A DNA stretch of 57,365 bases, filler included, from Stramenopiles sp. TOSAG23-6 (lineage: Eukaryota), in NCBI GenBank assembly GCA_900128565.1. It is 3 parts of 3 records of this genome, joined end to end, with 100 filler letters (N's around TTAATTAATTAA, not from the genome) between each part and the next. Parts side by side here need not be neighbours in the genome. Positions count along the whole stretch, not along the records: positions 1 to 19,122 come from LT636055.1; 2 more parts are not named here. One strand, written 5' to 3'. The position numbers and the translations under genes are program-made. The notes under the pieces are model-generated. The model made no database searches and was not told the DNA's origin. It was given only the letters and a program-made list of their open reading frames with translations. Below are positions 1 through 13,775 of the stretch, in pieces (the first letter of the stretch is position 1; every line of letters starts with the position of its first letter).

Positions 1-110
1 AAAAATAGTGCATAGATCGATTCAGCGAAAAAATTTGTTTTTTTTTTCGACCCGGTACCGGGTATCTCGTATTTCAAAATTAAATTCTTTATACTACGAG
101 AACAATACAA

Positions 111-1616
111 TCATTTTATAATTTCAAAAGGATCAATGTCAAAGTCAGATAAACTAATAAATTCATTTGTATCACATGCCTGTCGTATCCTGATTTTACT
201 ATCTAATAGTTCATTTTGATTCCAAAATTTCATTTGCTCCGTCGAAAATGGACCAAATTGATTCCCTTCCAGGTCGAGGTAGTGCCAAAACGTATTAATA
301 TTAGGGTTAGGGTTACTATTTGTATTTCTATCACTCATTGTATCATATCTTATATTATTATTTGGTCTATTTTTATTCTGCGTGTGATTATATTGAGAAG
401 AAATGTTCTTTTTCTGAACAGTTGACAAATTTGAAATCGAAGACTTTTCATTTTTATCATTAGGGTTAGGGGTACTTGATATCATTGAATCTGTACCACA
501 TTTTATATCTGTACTATCAGGATTATAATTCCTAGCTGCAGTGAGTATTTCGTGGGCAGAAGAACCAATAGAAGCAATATTACTCAAATGATCTGCCATA
601 TTTGAACTTTGAGAATCTATACCAAAATTCATACCTAACGAATTTTGAACTTGCTGAGAGTCACTTTTCTCATTTGTTTTGTCTTTGACAAGTTTATCTT
701 TACTATTAGGGTTAGGGTTTTCACTACAATGTTTTATCGTTGAAGGTATTGGAGAATTTAAATTACTATTCGTCGATTCAGCTTCAATACATTTTTTATC
801 GTCTTTATTCGTATAAAAATCTGACTGTTTATTGAAACGACCAAGGAATGGTTTAGGGTTAGGGTTATTTGGATTATTTGTTTTTCCTACTTTTTTAGTT
901 TCATTAGTTTGATGATTGTATACACTTTTGCATGCAATTGATAATATATTTGCCCGCCGATCTCTCTTTGCATTATGAGATGACATATCCAAACTCGGTT
1001 CTTTTGATTTTTCATTTTGATTTGTTTGTATACTACTAATAGAAGTCTTACCTGTTGAGGAGCTAATAAAACTTTTTTGTTTTTTTGTCAATTTAGATTT
1101 TGTTTGAAGTAGTCTCAAGTGGGATAACTCTTCCTTACATTCTTCACAGGCGACTCGAGTTATTTGACAAATCATTTTTTTATACACATGTCGAGGTATG
1201 CTTGACATTCCACGGCGTCTACAGGAAAGAACTATTGTCTCGTATGCTGCCCACTTAGACGCGGCCATTTGGCCAACTCTCCCGGATGGAATCATTCCAA
1301 GAATAGATTGGTTCCGGTGAAATTTACCTTTCATCTGGATCGTGGTTCCGTACATGAATTCTCGTAAATCATTGAATTCCGCACCGTTGCGCTGAATAAT
1401 ATTGCTCATGACTGAGCCTAGTATCAAGGTTTGCATTTGCTTTCCTGAAATCTTTACAAACTGATCAAGTTGAAGTGAAGGGTTCTTCTTCTTCTCCTGT
1501 TTAATCTTTAACTCTAAGGCAAGAAGCTGGGCGACTAAACGACCTATTGCTTGCGCAGTAGTATGATTTCTCCACTGTACATCCCCAAAGGCAATGTAAG
1601 GGCAACAGGGGTCCAT
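111..1616 (-). CDS. GYF-domain protein with long low-complexity region
   Basis: C-terminal WHYLDLEGNQFGPFSTEQMKFW matches the GYF motif. The ORF opens at TTG 1643; the first in-frame ATG is 1616, so the start is uncertain. Confidence 0.7.
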   Translation of the reverse strand: MDPCCPYIAFGDVQWRNHTTAQAIGRLVAQLLALELKIKQEKKKNPSLQLDQFVKISGKQMQTLILGSVMSNIIQRNGAEFNDLREFMYGTTIQMKGKFHRNQSILGMIPSGRVGQMAASKWAAYETIVLSCRRRGMSSIPRHVYKKMICQITRVACEECKEELSHLRLLQTKSKLTKKQKSFISSSTGKTSISSIQTNQNEKSKEPSLDMSSHNAKRDRRANILSIACKSVYNHQTNETKKVGKTNNPNNPNPKPFLGRFNKQSDFYTNKDDKKCIEAESTNSNLNSPIPSTIKHCSENPNPNSKDKLVKDKTNEKSDSQQVQNSLGMNFGIDSQSSNMADHLSNIASIGSSAHEILTAARNYNPDSTDIKCGTDSMISSTPNPNDKNEKSSISNLSTVQKKNISSQYNHTQNKNRPNNNIRYDTMSDRNTNSNPNPNINTFWHYLDLEGNQFGPFSTEQMKFWNQNELLDSKIRIRQACDTNEFISLSDFDIDPFEIIK

Positions 1617-1866
1617 ACCATCAACCGTTGAAATTAATGACAAGATACTACTAAGTGTGTGTACCCTGTGTTATAACGCAGTATAGCTATAAAATGTGGC
1701 TATATATGAGATCGAAGTTCTCGTAACTGTAAATGACGCGAATCCCTATTAAAATTTCGTACCTAAACTAAAGTTCGATAGATTCAGCTTAAACTTTTGA
1801 GATTGACTAATACAGCATAAGCGAATAGCTACAAAGAAAATTTTATAAACCAAACTTTAAAGTAAA

Positions 1867-3609
1867 ATGGCGGTGAAAAGGGCTCCGTCTAGTAAGGAAC
1901 AACAAAAGATTACAAAATTTTTGCGAATTTTGGCACAGCAACTGCATGCAGAATACGGGGTATTAAGTCCAGCTGATGTAGAGGAAAAATACAAAACGGC
2001 AGTGGATTCTCTCCCTTCTCAAACGAAGCTCAAGTCCATTCTTGAAGCTTTTGGTATTCATACCGGTGCAACCGCATTACTGAGAGAGTTAAATCTATTG
2101 AACGTAGAGAATAAGAATGATGTAGTACATAGTTTTGATTTTCTTGGGTGTACCCCCAATGGATATTCCCTTGCTCTTAGTGAAGCTTCCACTGAAATAA
2201 AACAACGAAAAACACTGGCCATTTCACCTTTTGCTCCGTCGAAGCTTTTTAATTCATGTTTTCCTGTAAATGGATCAATGAGTTCCCTAAAATCATGTCT
2301 CGAAGCTTTCATTGCTGATGAATCAGGTTGTTTCCGCGATGGTGGTATCTCTTTTTATGTGAAATGCTTCTATACTAGACTTTCAGAAGTATGCAAAACT
2401 CTGTCCATGGAGAAAACTGAACTTGCATCGGAGCTCGCAGAACTCTGCTCTAGATTTTTCATGTTTTACAACATGCGCCATGATGATGTGAATACCACAA
2501 ACGTGTTTAAAACAGTAGATGATGTTTTGTATACACCTACTAATACAATAGAGTATGATGGAGAAAATTCTATCTTATCAAGCAAAGATAATGACAAAAG
2601 TTCAAACTTAGTTAAACTGTTTTCCCTCTATATATTTTGCCAGTCTATCGCTATGAAAGACAAATATCAGGATACGGATGTTGCATCGACAGTCATGTTG
2701 ATCAATTTGACGCTTCGTCGGAATCATTCATCATCATATGCTCGTAGTTTGTGCTGTTTACTCCAGAGACTATTGATAAAAGATACAACAAAAAATGGAA
2801 CTACAAAATTTGCTAAAAATCGAACTACAAAATTTGCTAAGAATGTAAATGCTCACTTTACTACTGCTGTCTGCCATAATTTAATTGATGTAGTCCCTGA
2901 AACCATTTTATCTCTTCGTCAAAATTCGTCGAAAGAAAATTTCGATGGATTTGAGTTTTCTCAGCTATTTCTCCAACATATTTTAATTGTGAGGCTCCTC
3001 GGTGAAGCTGGTAACATGCTTACCAACTCAATGAAGCAATCAGCAAGGCGTGCTATGCAAAAGTGTAAGAATGTCTGGAATAATCCACCAAAAATGCTGT
3101 GGAGGTGGTTAAAGCGTGCTGTAAAGGGTGCTAATTCTATGAAAGATTCCATAGATGAAGTAGCTATGTCTTCATTCCATCCAATTATTGCTGCAGGGAG
3201 AAAAAGTTCCTCCGTAGCTTTGTTTTTTAATGGTACAATGATTTCACCTTTTCAAGTTTTCAATTTACTTCAATTATTTGAGGAATCTTCAACCATTGCT
3301 TCTATTGACCCTAAAAACGATGAAACGAAATCAAATACAGATAAAGAATCTAGTGAACCATTGTTTTTTATAGACTCGAGTGGTAGTAATAAAACTCGTG
3401 CACAATTAGCATTATTGAAAGGAATGAATGATGAAAACAATAATGAAGATGAAGATACATTCAGATCTGCTGCACGCGCAATTTGTGAAATCAAAACACT
3501 TCCTGAACAATCTGATGATGAAAACTCAAGTGAGGAATCCCTAGAAGAAGATGAATATTTGAATAATGAGGTAAAAGAGTCTCCATTAAAGAGACAAAAA
3601 ATACAATAA
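1867..3609 (+). CDS. Hypothetical protein, 580 aa, with acidic/basic C-terminus (possibly nuclear)
   Basis: Long ATG-initiated ORF divergent from the GYF gene. Ends in an acidic tract and PLKRQKIQ (NLS-like). No recognised domain. Confidence 0.7.
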   Translation: MAVKRAPSSKEQQKITKFLRILAQQLHAEYGVLSPADVEEKYKTAVDSLPSQTKLKSILEAFGIHTGATALLRELNLLNVENKNDVVHSFDFLGCTPNGYSLALSEASTEIKQRKTLAISPFAPSKLFNSCFPVNGSMSSLKSCLEAFIADESGCFRDGGISFYVKCFYTRLSEVCKTLSMEKTELASELAELCSRFFMFYNMRHDDVNTTNVFKTVDDVLYTPTNTIEYDGENSILSSKDNDKSSNLVKLFSLYIFCQSIAMKDKYQDTDVASTVMLINLTLRRNHSSSYARSLCCLLQRLLIKDTTKNGTTKFAKNRTTKFAKNVNAHFTTAVCHNLIDVVPETILSLRQNSSKENFDGFEFSQLFLQHILIVRLLGEAGNMLTNSMKQSARRAMQKCKNVWNNPPKMLWRWLKRAVKGANSMKDSIDEVAMSSFHPIIAAGRKSSSVALFFNGTMISPFQVFNLLQLFEESSTIASIDPKNDETKSNTDKESSEPLFFIDSSGSNKTRAQLALLKGMNDENNNEDEDTFRSAARAICEIKTLPEQSDDENSSEESLEEDEYLNNEVKESPLKRQKIQ

Positions 3610-3667
3610 AAATATTTTTATTATTATTCTGAACTCGCCCTTATTATATTTTTAAATTTTAACATTA

Positions 3668-6600
3668 TTATAATAATATGAAATCAAAAATAATCAATGC
3701 ACCCAAGATCAAAAATGTAGATATACTTGAAGATGAACTTGCTGATGCATGATCTCCAGGTTCCCCTCCATTGCCAAACGTGTTGCCTGGATCACCGAAA
3801 CTACCATCTGCATTTTTTAAGGCGCTCAAACTAAAATAAGGACTCTTTGCTAAATTTGATTCACCAAACCCAGTTAAAGTTATTTTTACAAGTTTAGTAG
3901 GATCGTAGACAATAATAGGTGTACTACAATCACTGGATGTATGGAAAGAATCACAAGTGCATGTGCCAGTTGTTGCATTGCATTCTCCATTGAATGAACA
4001 ATTATTAGGGCAACCCTTCGATGTTCCACAGTCAACACCGAGATATCCATCATTACAAGTGCACTCATTTGTTTTTTCATTGCAAAGACCTCTATTATCG
4101 TAAGACATGCAATTATTAAGACAACCCACACTGCAATCTTTACCACTGAAACCACGAAAACAAACACATTCAGTATCTCCAGTCAATGTCGCAGATACAA
4201 AATCACTGCCATTGGTGGCATTTTTACATGAGTGTACTGCTGTACTTTTTGAGTTCATATGTTGATCATATTTTTGTTTTTCGGCATTTGCACACACAGC
4301 TGGAAAATAAATACCTCGCTCAGTGAGATTCGTACAAATCTCAGATGTTCCTGATTCAATTGATCCAACATGTAGTCGTGTCGCTGCTAGCTCGGGTCCA
4401 TTACTGTCACTATATTCTGAAACTTGTACGATATCGAGTGCATCGAAATGAGCAGGTAAATGGTCCACTTTGTACGTTAAGTCAACTTTAAAACAAATCA
4501 AAACTGATTTGACAGTGGAAGGAAAGTCCACGTGAAATCCTGTGCCTTTGGCAGAACAGAATTTCATACGAGAATTGTTTTGACTTCCAAATAAAATGGG
4601 ATCCGACGTCAATTTATTCAAGTTAGTCACTAATGGTCTAGTGTGCGTTTTTGAGCTAATGCCAGAAATTTTTGATAATTGAACATGAGTTTCCGATGCA
4701 CCAAGTCTCCGCCGACGATGAGATATCGCCAATCTTCTTCCTTTGGAGGCTTCGGCCTCTGAACATGTTTGAAGCTTTACGAGAGCCTTGCCATTAAGCG
4801 GCGCAGATGCCGATTTTTCATCACTTAATTCGCCACACGAAACTTCCGTCGATGCTACCAGTGTCGTCTCCACTAAATTACTCTTAAGTTCACCTTTGCC
4901 GTCAGCAATACATTCCTCCTCAGATGTTATCAGATTTATACCATTTGCCGATTTCGTTATAACAACTCCAGTGTGATCTTTACATGTTGCACTACCTACA
5001 TCCCATGTATTTTGTGATTTTTCTTCAGATTTGTCACCGACTTTTTCGGCTTTCGCAGAATCAGTAAAAGCACACCCGCCAAAATCTGGGTGTAAAATGT
5101 GTTTCAATTCGTCTTTGATGTAATTAAATTTGGTTAAATAGCTGTTACTTGCTAATCGAGCATACGTTTTCATTAATGGTACTGCAAGCTCCGTCTTTAA
5201 CTTCCAAGATGCTTGGCGTGGACCCCATTGATTAATATTTTCTATCTTTTGACCACCAGAGTGCCAAGTCAATTTTCGAGATTTTTGCTCGTACCAAATA
5301 CCACCCATCCAGGAATATCTATCGACTAACTCCATACCACATTGCGCACAATCCTCGCCACTTACATTGTTGATTCGATGATACTTATCTCTGCAGCCTT
5401 TTCTGTCGTTACCTAAACACTCAGCTTTTGTAGTTGCACTTGAATACCATTGAGGATTTTCTTCAAGAACCCAGAGATTATGTCCTTGTTCACATGCTTT
5501 TTGAGTGGCTAAAGAATGATTCGCACAGGCTGCTTCGACTTTTGTGTAATGTTCGAGTGTTTTGTCTTCGCAATCCTCCTTAGTTGTGATAGCGCCATGT
5601 GTGCAATATCCAGTATATGATTCACACTCACTTTTACTGTGTGCTTTTCCATACGCGCGACAACCTAATGAATGCCATAGATCATGACCACAACCATGCG
5701 TAGGCCGCTTAACAATACAAACTCCCGGTAAGTCTATTCTTTTATCATATGGACATTCTCGATGAGTGCAATTATCTTGACTTTTTTTGCATTCGGTGCC
5801 ATTATGAACATTGCCAAATGGCCAATTTACTTCAGTACATACACGGGTACGCATCTCATGACGATCTGTACATTTGCCATTGGCTTCACATTCTGACCGT
5901 GTATGGCATCGTTCGTGCTTAACCCAACAATTTAAAGCATCCCTAACCTTTTCTGGAAACTTTGTACTCCCCTGAACAGAATTTACTTCACCATTCCGAC
6001 ATTTCCTCCAATCTCTTTCACTCTCATTACAAGAGTGTAAAACGCCCCCTTCTGCACATTTTACTTTGCACTCCTCATCGGTTCCTGCAATAACCGAATT
6101 TCCGCTTGAGTCCACACAAGTATTATTATCCTTCCATATGTTGTGTCCTGGATATAACAAAGTATCTGCGACACTATTGTAACAAACTGAGCTATAATTC
6201 GGATCATTGTGGCGCTTGCAACCATAAAAACAATATTCGTGACAGCCCTCCTGTGGTCTTGCTTGGCACTGAGAAGCTGACCATCCATGATGTCCATACA
6301 ATTGATTCAATGAGTGACATTCGCCCGCATTACATTCTTCTTCTGATGTAAATCTTGAAGGAATCCAATTACGCGACTCAGAGTAATCTTTAAAATGTTC
6401 AGCACCGCAATGCAGATGATCCCAATTAAATTTTGGGGCTTCAATTTCTTTGTTATTCCATGTATGGGATTGAGGACATTTCCCGTCAATCGATGAAGCA
6501 AAACATTCTGAAATAGTTTTTGCTGTCTTCAATACACACCTTGATGAGCTATTTGTATATCTACTTCCTCTTGCTTCAAATTCAGCCCCGATTGCTTTGC

Positions 6601-9600
6601 AATATGCTTCTTTTTCAGATTCAGGTTTGTGTATATGAATTTCACATCTACTGTCTTCTGTCATGTTGTGACCACCACTTTCAGTACAAAAACCAATTGG
6701 CGAGTTACACTTATCCTCCGGAGTAACCCATTTTACATCAGAAGTCTTTCCTTCCTCTACATCGTTATTACGATTTTGCCAACACTCATGCTCATGGGAT
6801 AAATGATTCACAGCCTTTCCGCTTAGACTTTCACATTTTCCAAACTCGTTTCTTGCTGATCTGTCATTGCATCCTTTATACTTTAAGCAAGCGTCTTTTT
6901 TCTGCGGGTGGAACTTTTCACCACAGCAAAGTTCTCTGCCAACTTGGCAACTCCAACACTCATTACGTTTTTTACTACATCCTCTCTCAAGCTCGCATTT
7001 CCTGCAAACATCATCCCACATATTAGCATGTGTTTTACAATGATACTTCTGACAATGCTTATCGCCAGAGAAACAGTGCTCATTCTTTTCCCACACCCCT
7101 AAACAGCATTGGTTTTGATCAGATCGCCATGCACTGAACGCAACTTCCTTTGCTTTTTCCTCCTTGTTTGGATGTCCATCGAACCTACTAATTGCAAGTT
7201 TATATGATTCTGCTTTGCAGCATGTGGGGTCTCTAAACTGCCAACCATGTGCAGTGCCTTTTGGAAACATACTACAATTTGTATTTCCGTTATTGTCAGT
7301 AAAAGCATAGGCATTTTCTGGACAACACCAACCATGATGGTTAATGTCAAAGTTCCAGCGCCAGCCACATGTTTCATTTGCCTCGCATGTTGCTTTGGTA
7401 TCTAAATCGCTGCACTCACTTGATATTGGATCACATGTAGACGATGCACTCCAAGCACAATCTTCCGCAAGTTTCATACATTCTTGTTTGTCATTTGCTG
7501 CTGAACACGTCTCCTTTTTGTTTGAGTAACACTTACCGTCATTTTCATTAAAGTTGTGGTGTATCCATGTCCCTTTGTTTTCTTCGCATGCATTTTTTCC
7601 TCTGCAAGGTCCATGACATTCATCGTAACATTTTCTTTCCTCATAACACGGTAAAACTTCCCAGGAACAATCATTTGCTGATGAATTGCATGTATCTTTA
7701 CTTCCCAACTTTGAACACTTCGCTCCAATTTCTGGCTTTTCTTTGCAGAATAATTCTGCAGAGCCAGTAGCTAATGTATCGTGAGAACCCCAATTACAAA
7801 TAGCATTTCCGTTTGATTCTTTCAAAGCAACACAAGCGTCTTTGGTACTTTGACCTAGACACTTTATCGAAGAATTTGATGTACACCGACCTTTAGGAAG
7901 TGGCAGGATGCATTCACCACCAGTATTGATAGTTTTATCTTGACACTGTTGATTATTATCATGACACTTGTACACGAAGTTATGTGCTTCACAGTTATCT
8001 CTTCTACTAAGATCTGGCCAAATGCCATTATGACTCTCACTGTATTCTCGGTTGTAATCGTCTCGAACATTCCACATATCACATTTTCTCTGATCTGTGC
8101 ATGTTTCATCACATCGCCAATGATACCCCGAATGGCCAATATCTCGCATCCATGACAATTTGCCTGAACACCCAGACTCTGTCATATGTTCCCCCCATGC
8201 ATCCGAAAATGCACTCTGGAAGTTTTCCTTGGAAGACATATTATCTACATATTTTTTGTATGCAGCAATGTCTGTCTTTGGAGGAGACCAATATCGTATT
8301 AAATTTTCTAGCACTTCTGGGTGTTCTTTTCCGTGTTCGTCATACCAACATTCAGCATAACACATGTACATATACTCATCTGGAGTCTCGCACTCTTTAT
8401 GCTCTGAACACTTACTCTGAGAACAGTAACAATCTGAGTCCGTGACACACTTTCTTTCTCCATTAGTATTTCGCTCAATTTTGTTACGACACAAATCCTC
8501 AAACTTCCAAAAATTGTCAAATGAAGATGTACGGAGTGAATCTGCTGCTAAATCTTCCGCAACTCGGACTGTATCTTGAAGACGCACCAGTTGATCAACA
8601 GCATCTTTAGCCTTCGTTTGGTCTTTACAGATACCAACAGTTTCTTTGTTTAAACCAGTAACAACCTTGACTTTGGCCCCATCTACATCTCGAGGTCTAC
8701 AGCATTGATACTCAAGAAGTCTTTCATTACAACATGGATCCTTCATATACTTGGGGTTCTCTCCGTGCGTAAATGTTGCTTCATTGTATACCCAATGATC
8801 ATATGGGCAATAATTATGAACATTTTTCAATACTCTTGTTTCCGTGCTGACAATTGCAATCTTCTCAAATAGAGACTTTGCATTTCTAATTGCAGTAGCT
8901 TGTCCAAGTAGTTCGGTTAAAAATACACTACCCACAACATCAGACCAGGATTTAGCATCCTCAAATCGTTTTCCTGTATATTTTTTAGAAACATCTTTTT
9001 TCGCATCAACAAGTTTTTCTAGTTCATCATATGCTTTTTCAAATTTGACTACATCTGGATTCGCTGTTTTTTTCTTCAGAGTTAGCGATCTACATGGGTC
9101 AATCAATAACTCGCAGCTTTTATCGACACAGTCCTTTTGGAACAATTTGTTACCTAACTGTATTCGAAGTTTTCCTTGTACAAGCTGGTCTGCGAGAGTT
9201 GAGCATTTTTCTCTCTCCCCGCCTCCAAAACAGTCTTTTATTGGGTGCACAACAGGTACTTCCTTCTCTCCTCTCCATTGCATACGAGTTTCGCTCAATC
9301 TCAAAATAGCCTGGATGACCCCTTTTTTAGGTTTGGGGACTGGGAAGTCACCAGGATTGATTTTTTTGAAATGTTCCATCCGATTGTCATTATGATGAAC
9401 CCCATCCCACTTTGCATCAAAAACAACGCCCTTTGCCGCGTATACAAACGGATCTTCCGAAGGTGGTATCAACTGGAGAAAGTCACGCCTCTCGATATGA
9501 TTACATTGGTCAATCCTGTCATAATTTCCATGATTTTCGCAATCAGATTTAGTGAAACCCTTAGCAGGTGCTCCATTGCTATTAAATGCGCATGTATTAT

Positions 9601-12600
9601 CGACATCATTCCATGTCGCTCCACGATCTCTTGTAATCGAAGCGAGATTGTTAAAATACATCCTATTATCCCACTCTTCTGCCACAGATCTTTTATCATG
9701 ATGAATTTCAACATCAGCTTTTGGGAAGAATTCGTGTTCAGTAATCTTGTGAAGACCAACTAGCTTCCCACTAGGAGTATCAGAGAGAGCTTTATTGACC
9801 AATTTGTTATAGACATTATTCTTTTGAAGAGCTTCCTTTGTTTCAGTCCGCAAACCATCAATTGGTGACCAATATGGAACAAGTAATTCGGGCGAATCTG
9901 AATCTTTTATATCGTTTTCGACAGCGAATGGACATTCGATAAGTGCAAAATCATAAGATCGAATGCTGCCAAATGGGATGTTGAGTGTCACAATTTCATA
10001 TTCACAAGAGGATGGAACAGCTGGTACATTAAAGAATGGAGCTTTAGGAGTATATGAGTCACATCCAGGGTCGTACTGTTTATGGGTTTCCATCAATTTA
10101 CAGTAATTTTCAACATAATTATCACAATCAACTGCGTCGCTGTACGTTGCAGCAGCGCTAATGCATGTTTGATGCTGACAAGGTGTACCGAATTTATCTG
10201 CACTAAAAGCAGAGTAAGGCTGAATGAAAGGCTCAAGTCTGTGATTTTTACAAAAGCCACAGCCTGTGAAATCTTTTCCAAAGGAACCTTCAGCAATAAA
10301 CGTTTGTTCATCCGAATAGCTCTGACATTTTCCTGAAGCAGAAACATTCATGCAACACATTTGACATTCTTTTCCAGGGTTAGGACACACGAAATTCGAT
10401 TCTATGTAAGTACAATCCTCCGAGCACCCAGATGCTGGATTGCCCCCGTCATCGCATCTCTCTCCATATGTTACTACTCCATCACCACATACACTGAGAT
10501 TGCGACAAGCGTCGGATTCCCAAGCCCCTTCATCATTACAAAAGTCAATGTAGCTTTCTGCACACTGCAAAATATTTTCTACATAAAGAGATCCTTTTTC
10601 CTTTTCACACTTCGATTTCATTTTTGCTAGAACAGAACCATCTACAATCACCAATTTGGAATCTTTTTCGGGTTTATCTACCAAAGTTCCATTTTTTTTC
10701 ATCTCTTCAAAATGCCAGGAATCTTCGTTTGGTCTAACGAATCCTTGTGTTGCACTTTCTCTAAGTACACTTTTATGGAAAATTTCACAACTCCCCTCAT
10801 TTGCATCAGAAACTGAAGTGCTAAAAACTTCAATACAAGAATCAAGTGTACATGGATCTACTTTGTCGCTTCTTGTTAACCAATTTTTATCAAATGAGCA
10901 ACTGTCAAGACATCCAGGGTCCTTGGGATTTGCTTTACAGTAAGTGTAAATGGAATCAACACACATCTCTTCACTGTGATTCTCATGCTCATCTGTATCG
11001 CCTAGACTCAAGTTTGTGTCATGTTCATATTGACAATCAAGTAAATCACAATACATTTTCAAACCTGGGTCTTCTTTTTGATCTTTACTTCGAGAATACT
11101 TATTCAAACAGTCACCTCCTTTATTATTTATGTTCCCATCATCTTTCACGTTGTTTTCTTCTCCAGCATTTGGTTTTGGTGATGGCGTTGGTGTTTTCGT
11201 GTTTGGTTGTTCTGCAAGCATACGCTTATGCTCCATATGATTCCATTTGTATAACATTCGACGATGTTTCTGCTTAGTTTGTCTCTCGGCAGCTATCAGA
11301 AAGCACGAATCATCTTCCATACAACGCTTTGCTTCTGGCAAGCATTTTTTTGCACTGTCATTGGATCTCGAACTTTTGACTAAAGTGCATAGTGCATAAC
11401 ACTTTCCGAAAGCTATTGTTTCTTTTGAGCACGTCTTACTTGCATCATGAAAACATTCGAAATCATCAAAAGAATCACCTTGTTTGTTGCATATTTTTTC
11501 GCATTCAAAATCCAACTCTGTTTCAGATTTAGGATCGCTGGTTGCTGGCATATTATTATTTGGAAAGTCTAAGCCACCATCAGGTTCTTCAACATAACAT
11601 GGCTTGCACTGTCTGGAGATACAACCAAAGAAATCATCCCAATTACCACCTTGTTCTGTTTTATCTCTGAATTCAGGAATAGACGTCATGCACGCACTTA
11701 CGTGACAAGTATCTTCGTTGCAACTTTCTGGGCTACCTACTGGACAGCAACTAAAGTTTAGGGCTTTTGCAAGTGAATCGGCACGTGATGTATCCGCACC
11801 TCCAAATTCTTTGTTCTTTTGATCATTAATACAAGTTTTCAGTGCCCTTGCTACAGGGAGAAGCCTACTGTCTTCCACACTGAGTAGCTCAAGCCAATGA
11901 AATTCACCAAGACATTCAGCTTCATCGTTACGATTAAATTCCATACAACTTGCATACTGATCAGGACACCATTGTTTGGCTTTGTCCTTTGATGGCATAA
12001 TCGTGTTCATAAAATTACAACATCCTGACCCGCATTTATCTAACTTACTTTCACACTTCCGATCTTGTTTCATTAGTTCAATCCAGTCATTTGTTGATCC
12101 ACGGTTTCTATCAAAAGAATTAAATCCTAACCTTCTTCCTTTTTTATTTTTGGATATACTTTCCAAACGTCGATGTCCAACTTCCTCCTTGGGTTGAAGA
12201 TCGCTTTCTTTTGTTTTATCGAGTTCAATTTCTACAGTTTTTAACGATGCAAGATTCTTCACTTTAGTATGCAAACAAGCAGGATGTATTGTGAAAAAAA
12301 ATATTTTACAATTTTTTTGTTAGGTACAAAGTTTTGCACAAAAACAAATATTTTACATTCAATTTTGAAAACGTACATCAGATCTACATGTTTTGAGTTT
12401 AAAGGATTCAAAGATATTCCAGCCATAATGACCACATTTTTCGTTTTGACAAACACTTTTATCTGTAAATGCACACTCTGAACTATCGAAATTATAATCG
12501 CCTCGAGCTACTGTTTTCATAAAGCGAGAGCAACCAGTTGGCGTACATGAATTGTCCTTTTTACAAAATTGTTGAACAGCGTGAGAGCACACAGGCCCTG

Positions 12601-13411
12601 AACGGTCCTGTTGGCACGATTCATTTGCACATGGATGATTCAATTCTTTCATTTTAGCAAATCCTACAGTACTTTCCAGTCCCATTTCCTTAAGTTCAGA
12701 CTCAGGTTTGTCACAGAGAAGAAAGGGGTCTTTACAAGCTTTCCCCATAATACCATAGCAAGACATCCATGGTTCACTGACACAATCGCGACATGGCACA
12801 ATATTATCTGGATTATTGCACCAAGAATCTCTAGGATGAATTGGGTAACAGTCTTCAGCATGGCATACGTCGTTATAACACTTATGTTGATGACACCGGC
12901 CACAACCATTGCTATTATCACCATGACAATCGTTAGGATCCCATCGACACTCTTTTCTCTCGTCACACTGCGTTTTAGAATTACAATTATAACAACTGTG
13001 ATCAATATACTGATGACTACCATGTGCATGGCTTCTTGGACATCCTCTCTTTTCTGATATTCCATTTAAACGACGCACAACAGGAAGGACAATATCGCGG
13101 TGGAAATCCACTCCACGAAACATATTCTTCTTCTCTTCCAATTTGCGGACACCTGAGACGAGCAAAGTACCTGTAGGAACTGGATATATAGCATGTCCAT
13201 TATGCGGACTAAATGCAATAGGTAATGATACTTTCTGCGTTATATTATTCTCTGGTATGTTTGCAAGGTGTCCACTTCGCACCATATTTGTAAGGAATCG
13301 TCCTCCATCTGAAGGTCTGCCCCAAGCGTTTCCTGGTGTACCGTCACCGGTAATTTCTGCTATTACTACATTAGCTATGAATACAAGCAAAATACATACA
13401 CGGGGAAACAT
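3668..13411 (-). CDS. Giant (~3216 aa) cysteine-rich secreted, probably GPI-anchored surface protein; 2 exons (13411-12377, 12283-3668)
   Basis: Signal peptide MFPRVCILLVFIANVVIA; CGDGVVTYGERCDDG cysteine-rich repeat; C-terminal tenascin-type EGF repeats; Ser-rich spacer plus hydrophobic tail. The two ORFs join in frame (TCRSD|PACL) by removing 12284-12376. Confidence 0.8.
12284..12376 (-). mobile_element. Introner-like repeat intron, GT...AT, 93 nt
   Basis: Sense reading gat|GTACGTTTTC...TTTGTACCTAAC...CACAATACAT|cct. Contains an in-frame stop. The join gives DPAC, like the DPGC motifs elsewhere in the protein. Confidence 0.8.
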
Positions 13412-13775
13412 TTTAATCAATTAACTATAATTTACGTTTGAATTCACAATGGTTAATCCAAATCAACTTCGTTAAACAAGGATCGCTCTTCTTCAAGCAA
13501 GCAAGGAACTCGCTCTCATCAAATCAAATCAATTATTCAAATCAAATCACGAAGCATCACAAGCATCACATCAAAAAACAAAGGCTTGCCTCTTCATTCG
13601 AATTTCTAAATAATTGAATCTAAGAATAACTGCTGTTCAACAGCTGCCCCAGCACGAGGAGCTCCCCTTCAGCTTATTTGATTTGCGTAGCGCGGAGCAT
13701 TGGGGAAACTTGAAGTGGAACGTTGTTTTATTTTCGTGATCCGTCTTATTTTTTGTAAGCTATCGGTTGAAAAGA

